Shown here in pieces: positions 1-9,900 of a stretch of 64,000 nucleotides of DNA. The notes below the pieces were generated by a model. It ran no database searches and was not told the origin of the DNA. It saw only the letters and a program-made list of their open reading frames with translations. The first letter of the stretch is position 1, and each line of letters begins with the position of its first letter. The translations under genes were made by a program, and so were the position numbers. The DNA comes from Nemertoderma westbladi (Eukaryota; Animalia; Xenacoelomorpha): contig JAUCBJ010001520.1 of assembly GCA_032718475.1 (NCBI GenBank), forward strand, positions 1 to 64,000. Reading direction: 5' to 3'.

Positions 1-23
1 ATAGCCCTGGCCAACCAAACTTA

Positions 24-651
24 GGCATCGGTACACCTTGTGCACACCCCCCTCAATTTCTTTACTAGCTATGTTTAAGCAGGTTTTTGCCTTTATTAAT
101 GTTCTAGAAATTATTAATGTTCTAGAAAATATATTGAAAATATATATATTTCAAAGAAAATATATTGAATTATTATGATAGCTAGTATATTTTTAACTAG
201 CTAGTGTTTTTGTAAAAATAGGTAAAAACTTTCAGATTTTTTATATGAAATAATGTTCCAGAACGCAATCTACATTGTGGAAAAATTTATTTTTTTCATG
301 GTAGCTAGTATTTTTTTAAATAGTAGCTATTTTGTAAAAATAGATTAAAATAAATTTTATTATTATCCTCTCTGTTGCAATATATTAACAGTATTCGAGA
401 ATACTAGCTACTTTGATCTTAATTTTACTTTTTTGCCAATTTCTGCAGCATATAAGGCCTATCATCGACTAGGAAATATTAAAAAAGAAATTTTTGAAAC
501 ACTAGCTAGTCCAAAAGTACTAGCTACCACAGAACGTCAAATATACTTTTTGTATGTCAATTATGTTCTAGAGCATAATTCAACAAAATATTGTTTTAAA
601 AGATAGCTATTAAAAAAATTGTGGGGGGTGTGCACAAGGTGTACCGATGCC
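24..651. mobile_element. Non-autonomous DNA transposon (MITE), Merlin-like
   Basis: 29-bp perfect TIRs GGCATCGGTACACCTTGTGCACACCCCCC (24-52) and its reverse complement (623-651), flanked by an 8-bp direct repeat CAAACTTA (16-23, 652-659). GG...CC termini with an 8-bp TSD fit the Merlin superfamily. No ORF inside. Confidence 0.85.
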
Positions 652-659
652 CAAACTTA

Positions 660-2997
660 TTCTTTCACTCCGTGACACTAAACCCTTGATTACATATAAA
701 AATTTAATTGTGGTAATAAGATATTTATATTTGCAAAAAATTACCAAGAAAGGCAACATAACGCCGAAACTTACACGCTAATTTAAAATTTACTTTAAAA
801 TAAGTTTACTTATTTTACTATATTTTCTTGCGGGGTTTACTTTAAAAGTTTTTGAAATTAATTTCCTTTTAAAATTAACTTATTTTTTCATTTAAAATTA
901 AAATTTACAATTTGCAATTTCTGTACAATTCAAGTTCCATTTAGCAACGTTAGTCTCTTTTAATCATCATTTTTTTTATTCATGTATACAGTGACATTCC
1001 CGAATATCTTCGAATCCTTAAACACTGCCCGGATGCTATCTGTCTCACTCTCCACACTATTGCTGATGAAAGTCGATGAAACCGATCCTGATTCCGATCC
1101 CAAGCTCGTAGATGGTGTAACATCACTAGTTGCCGATGATCCCGACATGTAAAGGCTCAACTGACGACTCATTTCAAATTTCTTTGAAGTAGATGGTCGA
1201 AGATAGGAAGTCGTTGTGGATAGATTTTTGTGCCCTAGCTGTTTCTGTGCTAGGTTAACTGGTTGGCCACCATCAACCAATGCTTGGGCTGCCGTTTTAC
1301 GACAGCTAATAGGGGTAAGCTTCTTTCCTCCTTGTAACCCAGCTTTCGTTATTAGATTCCTAAACATTTTAGCGAATTGATGCTTTCCTACCGGTTGATC
1401 ACAAAACCATTTTTCATTTGGCTTTGTGTTATGCTTTGGGCGTATGAAATATGGCTGCATACCATCTACCTTTCCATCGGGGAAACGTTTCATCATGTAG
1501 AAATCATGAAGTGTAACTGCACACAGACTTCGATCCGCTTTATACTCATAAACACTTGGTGAAAATTCCCTGGGAGCCGAATCGCCGTGTCGCGTCTTTG
1601 TACTACGTTCCTTTAGTTTTAGGTAGTATACACCTTCTTCAGTGTTATAGTGCTTTGTTATATCGCCTACAAGTATTTTTCGCATCTCCTCGCCTGGACG
1701 AGCTCCAAACTGGGTTGTAAGTACGATATACAACGTTTCGAGTAGCATTTTTGGATTCTCCATACCAAGAAGCCCCTTTTCCCTCATAGCCTTGAAATCG
1801 CCTTCCTCCATCGGGTTACTGGCTCTTTCAAGATTTCCCTTACCAGCACTTTTCGTTTCCGCTAATCTAGTTTTTAGGATGTCTCTACTAAGACGAAACT
1901 CAGGAAGTTCTAGCGCATTTCCTAACCCTAGATCTTTCAATTTGCGAAGGACTCCATAAAAATAGCTGCGCAAAGTCGTCGTTTCAACTTTTTCTCCCGT
2001 TTTTTTCTTATACTTACGGATAAATCCGTTGAAATGTTTTGCTAATTCCCCTCTTTTTGATTCCTCGCTCAGTTCTTCGATTGTTTCGCTGACATTGTTT
2101 ATGTCGAGATATTTTCGAAATGCTGCGACAGCAACAGTGGTAGAATCAGCGGTATGGACGTTTCTGTTCGTTAATATGTACTCGTCATCAGTTTTGTCGT
2201 TTTGCGATAATCGAAGAGATGACTCATCCCTGAATCGTTTAGCTGGTGGTATAGGTTCATCATTTCCCAATGTGGAATCCACAGAAATTAAATGATCATT
2301 ATTGGCGTAGAAGAGATTTTCTAAACACACCAGATCAGCTAAATCTAAGTCATCCATGTCTAATCGGTTATACTGCAGTACTGGTTTGCAATACAATAGA
2401 CCACAGCTAAAATATTTAGGTAAACAGAATGTGAAATCTATGTACCGTTACTCGCACCTACTAATTTAAATGTAACCTACCATTTTTTGCTCTCGTCAAA
2501 ACTCAAACAGAAAGTAAAATCCTAAATAAGTACAGAAATGTACAGTGGTAGGCTACCGGGAAGATGCCTACCGTGTTACGCTGCACAAACTAAAATCGTC
2601 AAAGAGAAAGTGAAATCAAAATGCAGAAGCTACCGGTAGGTACCGGACGGCCAGTATGTTCTCTAAACTCAAATCGTCAAACAGAAAGTAAACACCCAAA
2701 ATAAAAAGCAGAATGTACCGTTGTAGCGCCTACAGGTTGCAGTTTCCAATCAGTCAGTTTGCAACCAGTAGTGTAGGTTATCAATTAATTCACTTCGGCC
2801 TACACCCCTTGGAAAATTAACTATTTAAAATCCTCGGCCTTTGGCCTCGGATTTTAAACAGTTAATTTTCCGCGGGATTCGGCCTCAGCAACACCAGTTG
2901 GTTTGCGGAAAAATAACAAAACAAAATAGCGGACAAAAATAACAACCCTACAGACCAACATTAGTTCGGTGTTATTTTTTCCGGGATTTGTTGTGTA
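660..2997 (-). mobile_element. Candidate Crypton DNA transposon carrying the recombinase ORF
   Basis: Right boundary is set by where homology to the other CAP blocks starts (~2998). Subterminal 23-bp-arm hairpin at 2811-2871 with a CTCGGCCTTTGGCCTCG centre. Left boundary is not resolved. Confidence 0.55.
960..2357 (-). CDS. Crypton-type tyrosine recombinase (CryptonA/DUF3504-like), intronless, 465 aa from first ATG
   Basis: Uninterrupted ORF (track start 2396 is a non-ATG codon; first ATG 2357). Tyrosine-recombinase motifs in order: FGARPGEE (R), ERSTKT (K), PISCR (HxxR with H>I), LGHKNLSTTTSY (H, Y). GKGN..ASNP, CAV..Y..KR, WF..QPVG and a C-terminal IFGNVTV tail are typical of metazoan Crypton/DUF3504 proteins. 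Basic PAKRFR patch is a possible NLS. Confidence 0.85.
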   Translation of the reverse strand: MDDLDLADLVCLENLFYANNDHLISVDSTLGNDEPIPPAKRFRDESSLRLSQNDKTDDEYILTNRNVHTADSTTVAVAAFRKYLDINNVSETIEELSEESKRGELAKHFNGFIRKYKKKTGEKVETTTLRSYFYGVLRKLKDLGLGNALELPEFRLSRDILKTRLAETKSAGKGNLERASNPMEEGDFKAMREKGLLGMENPKMLLETLYIVLTTQFGARPGEEMRKILVGDITKHYNTEEGVYYLKLKERSTKTRHGDSAPREFSPSVYEYKADRSLCAVTLHDFYMMKRFPDGKVDGMQPYFIRPKHNTKPNEKWFCDQPVGKHQFAKMFRNLITKAGLQGGKKLTPISCRKTAAQALVDGGQPVNLAQKQLGHKNLSTTTSYLRPSTSKKFEMSRQLSLYMSGSSATSDVTPSTSLGSESGSVSSTFISNSVESETDSIRAVFKDSKIFGNVTVYMNKKNDD

Positions 2998-3972
2998 ACA
3001 ACAATATTTATTTATTAAGAATAATAACTAAGATCATGTAGCCATACTGACTACATTCCGATGGTCTGAAGAATACAGCAGCACCATCCAATTAAATGAA
3101 GGCATTATCATGCATGATCACAGATATCGAGAAAAAGCAGGTCACTAGCATAGACCATTCGAAAACATTTCAAAATTCTAGGAATAAATATGGATGATAT
3201 GAAACAAGTTAAGGACCCGCTATCAAACAATAAAGAATCGATCGAAAGATCAATCAAATACACGACCAAGTCCAGAGAAAGCCACATACTTTCAGAATCC
3301 ATTCTAAAAATGAGTTGACAATGGATGGATGGTAGAATTACTGATAGATTAATCAGACACTGATCGGTGCATATTACTTGCCAATATACGTTGCTGTGAA
3401 TGTAAAAATGGGAACAAATTGAGGGTGATAGACACAGCAACCGCCAAAACCAAACGAAGTCACTTGCTATCAATTCTATGTACCAAGAACACCATCCTTA
3501 CATCATGTTGATAGTTCTAGATCACAGATCATTGTAATAAAATTTCAGAACAGTAGCTTTACAAATGAAAAAAAATGCAATAGAACTTCCCTTTGATAAA
3601 GATACTATAATGATATCATGTTAATAATGAATTGAAATGTGAACTGATCTGAATGAACTGATCGCGGGATAAATACTTTTAACCAGCACCAAATAATATA
3701 AACACTATATCACCATTTTAAAGATTAATTGTTTGGATCATAGCGCAGCGAACACTTATACATATGTATATATATTTTAGCAAGCACTTTCAACGAGTAA
3801 TGGGTATTTTGGAAAAAAATAATTTTAGGGTAAATATTTTTAACCACCACCATATGATATAAATTCTCACCATTATTATAAAGATTAATTTTATGGATCA
3901 TACCGAACACTTACACAAGTACATATTAGCATTATATATTAGCATGTAACAAGTAGGGTATTTTAGAAAATC

Positions 3973-6900
3973 TCAATAATCGTCTGGAAATGGAAATGGT
4001 TCCTCATATGGATATTCACCAATCATGTTTCCAGCTGGGTAATAGTCGCAGACTACCAGGGTCATGGTGGGGCATACCTTAACAGCACACCCAAACATCT
4101 TCGTTTCAGCCCAGATCACCTGCAACAATATTGGTAAATCTTTGAAATGGGGCTATTGATGTTATCTCGGTGAATTAGTAATATTATTTATCTCTTATGT
4201 AAAAGGAGAAGGTTACGGTTGCATTTCATTATAAGTAAAAATTTATCAGGTGTCAATAGCATAGTTTAGTGAAATATCTTATTTGTTTTTGTCTAATGGT
4301 TTCAGAATACTTTTGATGAAGGTGCCAGATTTGTTTCCTACAAAGAGAGATTGCATTGATTCTCTTAAAGCCTTGATTCTCGAATCATATCGAAGTAGGA
4401 ACACAGTATTAGATTTGCAACTGACTAATATGGAGGCGAATCTCAACACCGTATCTTATTCATTGATATCCTTATATTTTTTGTTATAGCGCAATTTGAA
4501 CTGAAACGTAGAGAAAAATATCAAAATGGATTCCAACGCTACCTACCTGAAACTCAACTTCAATCTGGTTTCATTAAAAAAAATATATATATCAGTGTCT
4601 AGTCGGTGATTCTCCCAGCTATAAAACTATCATGAACCACCACAAATGAGTTCACTCAAGTTACAAATTTTTACCTTTGTAAGGTAAATCTGCAACAACT
4701 CCATATACAAATATATATAGTCATGATAATGAAGGTTTTAGATGTTACCTGTGTAAAATGTCCAATATCATTGACATTTGAATTTGACAATGGTTCCCAC
4801 TTATTATAGAGACTAACTTCATCATACCAAGGTTTCACGACATCTAAACCATTTTCGATGCAGTTTCCTCCACTACTAGACGAACCTGCAAAGAAAGCAA
4901 TCATGAACATGAAATTAATCACTGAGTAGTTGAGTCACTGAGTGTTGTCTTGTCTTATGTCATTAAATTTGCATATTTCTTACGAGTGAAAATATTTTAG
5001 AAACAACTGGCATATATTTCTTACTTCCAAATACATTAACACATAAGCATCATTATCCTCTACCTTTCCCCATTAGACATCATACCAACAGCGACCTCTT
5101 GGTCTATCTATATCTTGATGGCATGGTGAATGGGTACAATCAACAGAAAATGTTATTGTTGTCCCTGGTGGGTGATGCATGTTTTTTAACTGCTGTTTTT
5201 TCACTGTTCTATTTCTATATGTTCTACTTCTGTTGTAGTTTTTTTTTCTTTTTTTTTAGGACTGCATGATTTACATAAAATTTAATTAAAAATTAAACTA
5301 AAATAAAAAAAAATTATGAGACACAAATTAACAAGGCAAATCGATATTACATATAGCAAATTACTACTTTTTCTTCTCTAATTATATTATACGGTGCAAT
5401 GCAATACCTCATAAAAATATTCACTTTAATAACCCGAGTAACAGATTTACAGTATAATATTCTTTAATTATAGTTACAGTACTTAGGGGGTGGCTGTTGG
5501 CCTCGACTGGCATTGCCATTGCAAACAGTCACTACCCCCATAATAAAACGTCGTTAGGTGAAGACCAAGTGCAATTTCTTATCATAATGATTACCATTAT
5601 ACAAACTTGAAACTTGTAGTTAAAGAAGATCATGCATGAATACAGATTGTGTCAGCAATGATCCACTGTTGGACATCAGTTAAACATGGGCACCTCGGCA
5701 CGCATTGTTATGCCGCACTACAACCCCACCTGATTTGCAGTGCAGGTTGTAAAGAAATCCAAATGGGTTTCTTTCTTTTGATATGTTGTATTTTCGAAAG
5801 AAGCAAATGGGTTTTTAATCAAACCATAACATACCAAGCTAATCACTCTAAACGCAAGCAGAAACAGAAATACCCAAAACAATTAATCCGATTTGGCTTC
5901 CCAGGCTACTAATACGAGTGCTGGTGACTAGAAACACTATTTCGTTCACTTCTCGCAGAGAAAGAAAGCAGTTCGTCAGGCAATCAAATGTTGGTTGTGC
6001 TGCTGGTCAAGAAAAGCTATAAAGCACCCCAATATAGTGGCGTCCACCGGGAGTTTGAACTGTATGTCCATGACATCCTTATAGAAATTACGTAGTTTAA
6101 GCCAAACTCGTGAATATGAATCAAACGAGCTCTCTCCCCATGAGTTATTGATTAATTCAGCGTATCGAAGAAGGAGTCCATCGGTAGTAGGGGAATCGGT
6201 ATTAATGTTGGTTCCAGGTCGCAGTTTGGTGATATGTCCATAAATGAATCGATCTGTAAACGAGATAGAAAATCACATTATTAGTGTTCTCAACACCAGG
6301 GACGTGGTTTGCTCTAAACATAAAGTTATTACTTATTGATAATAGGACAATACGGCGGGCGGATAAGTATCATAATTGATTTGTCCTTAGAGGATTTCTT
6401 GTTTATTATGGGAACTAAGCCTTCATTATCAGTTCGAAATATATTTTTTTGCCCGGCTAATTGATATCCCCAGATTTCCAGTGCGAGGTATATAGGATAT
6501 AATTCTAGAAGAGATATATTATTGCACTCTTTCCATCTACTGGGCCATTCCCCGTATAACCAGTGGGTTCCAAAAACTGCCCCATATCCTTTGGTTTGAG
6601 CAGCGTCAGTGAACAATTCAATTGTTGCGTTTGCAGTCCAACTTTTGTTCAGGAATAAAGTGCAACCATTATAGTTTTCAAGGAAATGTTCCCAAGCATC
6701 TAGATCAGCCCTTGCCCACGATTTTAGTGTCACAAAATGAAACATTTTCTTTACTGATGAGGCAAGATCTATAAGTCTTCGAAGAAAAGCACGCCCCAGG
6801 ACAATAACCTGGCATGCAAAGTTGAGGAATCCCACTATTGAGAGAAGATCACGTTTTGATACAAACTTCTTTTTCTTCAAGTTATGGATAGATGTCTGAG

Positions 6901-9900
6901 CTTTAATCACTTTATCCATGGGTAATCAAGCTTCCAATTTTAATGTATCCAACTCGATTCCTAGGAAGGTCATAATCTGCGAAGGTCCTTGGGTTTTTTC
7001 AGGGGATAAAGGAACTCCAATATCCTTACACAGCTGCATGAATCTGTCCAACCATGCGCTGCATTGCTGTGAACCTTTTGCTAGGATTAGAAAGTCATCA
7101 AGCACGTGAATGATGTAAAGAATGCCTAACTTGTGTATGGCAATCCAACCCAAACTAGTTGAGAAAGCTTCAAATATCTTACAGCTAGAACTGGCACCCA
7201 TCTCTAAACACATATCGTAATACCATTTACCCTTCCATTGAATGCACATTAAGTGGTGGTCTAATTTAGAAATAGGAATTAATCTAAATGCCGAAAAAAT
7301 ATCAGTTTTTGCCATATAACACCGTGGGCCCAATTCTAAAATAATATCAATGGCATCCTGTACTGTATGATATTTGCATGTAGAGTCTGTTTCACTAATG
7401 TTGCTATTAACTGAAAGATTATTATAGGGGGCGGATAAATCGTGAATCATTCGAAATTCATTGAGAGTCCTTTTAGGTCGCAGAGCAAGGGGGTTAACAT
7501 GGTAGTATTTGAAGGGAGGGGCATGGAATGGCCCGGCTATTCTACCTACCTCAGTTTCTTTCCGTAGTTTTTTTTATCAATAATATCTGGTTTCTCCTTT
7601 GCGGATAATGAGTCTTTAGTAAAAGTTGCAATATCAGGAGGACCTTGATAGTGTAGGCGAAAACCTTGTGTAAACCCTTCTTCTAAGTATGTATATTCAG
7701 AATGATCATATCCGGTTAGCCAATGGCATAGATGGTCCCAACTGATAGGAGTTGGGAGTTGTAAGGATGGGGCCTCCGACCTTCCTATTGTTGCCAGAGT
7801 GCTGGAATGGGGTGTAATGGGAGTTGCGGCAGCCACGCTGATTGATATACCGATCCCCGCCTGTGTATGAGGAGAGGCCGCGTCTTCCTTGGGATGGACC
7901 GGGGTGTGGAAAGGGCTGTTGTCTATTTCTGCTGGAGTTATTAATCGTCTCTTGAACTGGGTGCGGGCATTTGATTAACCGATGTGATCCTCCGCAGTTT
8001 GGACATAAATGTTTGAATGCGCATAGAATTCCCGTACATTTATCACCAGTGTGGAACTTGATACAATAACCTGTTGGTACTATTATGTCTCATAACTTTC
8101 GCCCCGATGCCATAAGAGACAGCTCCTGTATTGGGATACCCCAGTGGAATTTATTCGGATTGTTTTGCTTGAATTGTCGGAATTTCTCATCATACAGCAT
8201 CCAGGATCCACCATTATCCTTAATAGCTTTCAATATAGATGCGTACTTACTGAGTTTCTTTGTCTCAGTGGGATACTTTTCTTCATATATTGATGAGTAA
8301 ATATTCCAAGCCATCAGCCACTGTTCGAAACTAGTGATGTCCTCATTTACTGAGTCTATTTCATAGTAAAGATGGGGTTGACCATGGCTTGTACTATCGG
8401 ATGACATGGACAGTGGAAACTTAGACCTTGTTATGTGAATAGAGGGGTTATTCAATAACGCTGATAATTCAATATACTTATGATCCCAAATCTTTTCTTT
8501 CAATTCCATTGGGACCATCGAATCTACTGCTAGGAATGGTTCGCTATAGCTATTATACTCACCTGCTATTTGTTGCTGTATCTGTTGCCCTGTTTCAGAT
8601 ATATCCATGGATGTCAATGCAGGCACTTGACTGGAAGCAGATGTCGTTGTTACTATTTGAGTTGAAAGGGTCTGAGTAAGGGAGTTGTTTGGTACTTGCA
8701 TTGCAGCAGCTGCTGGGGTCCAACTAGAGTTTGGAGGTGGTGGGTATGAATAAGGGGCAACGTATGGATTATACATGTAACCTTGCGGTGGTGGGTATGG
8801 GAATTGTTGTGTTGGATAAGGAAGTTGTTGTGATGGATAAGGAAATTGTTGCGGCGGATAAGGAATTTGATGTTGCGGATAAGGAAATTGTTGTGGTGTA
8901 TGAAGTAAATGTTGGGGCAGACCAGTTGTACAAGGATTCTGAGTAATTACCGCAGTATTAATATTAGATGTATTAATTGGTGTTTGAAGCGATTCTGTGA
9001 TGGTGTTACTAGAACTAATGGTGGACATGTCGGTAGTGGATGGCATTTGATTAGTAGGTTGGACAGGACATGGTTGTTACCGATAAATTCCGTATTGAGT
9101 GAAGGCTGAGTTGGTATTGGAGGGGCTGATTCTGGTAGATAATTATTTGCAACCGAAATCACAGATGATGTACTTTTCGTTGTTGGTCTTGTACGAATTC
9201 GAGGGTGAGCAGAAATTAGCCGGGGATTGGTGGTGTGGGTCTGTTGAACTCTTTGGCTACTACCGGAAGCCAGTACTTTCTTCTTCTTTGGAGCCATAAA
9301 GCATATATGTATATATGTAATAATGAGTATATCGGTACCAGAATATCATAAGCTTTATATCACGGTCAGACGGTACCTATTAGTATTGCATGCCTACTGC
9401 ATAGACACAATTCATACATACATACTAAATACCTACTAAATGTGATAGTTAATTGATCGCGTCCTATTCCTGTATTCAGCTAATTGCTGTATTGTAGAAC
9501 GATACCTGTATGTAATTGTGTTATTTTGTGATTGTCACCAGATGATGGATGATCCAGACTACCAACTGAGCGTACCTATACTGCTATATCATGTAGGCCC
9601 TGTATAACTGAATATAACAGTATAATAACGTCTATTCTAAAGACTGATAGGTAAAACAAAATATAAAATTAATAGATACCAAGTAGCCAAGTGCTGAAAT
9701 GCCCAACCATACCGGTACTGCCATACGGTATTAGGCTATGGTACCATATATCGAGGAATAAACGAAGACACACCTACTGGCTGAATGCCTTCCTGCGATT
9801 GCAGGTGACGCCTGTAGGTTTGTAAATCTCTTAACAATAATACTGAAATATTGAATATATACCTGTACCGGTAAATATAATACATATATTATATATGTAT

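Larger units (their letters stand above)
5995..9900 (-). mobile_element. Degraded DIRS-order (Ngaro-like) tyrosine-recombinase retrotransposon in intron 2 of CAP paralogue 1
   Basis: Gag-like, RT, RNase H and the start of a YR ORF occur in the expected order on the minus strand. The 3' part is truncated near 5995 and the 5' boundary is approximate. Absent from paralogues 2 and 3. Confidence 0.8.

Noticed and set aside
960-2396. Phage or bacterial integrase (contamination or horizontal transfer)
   Set aside because: Motifs match eukaryotic Crypton/DUF3504 recombinases, and the context is spliced genes and eukaryotic TEs with no prokaryotic neighbours.
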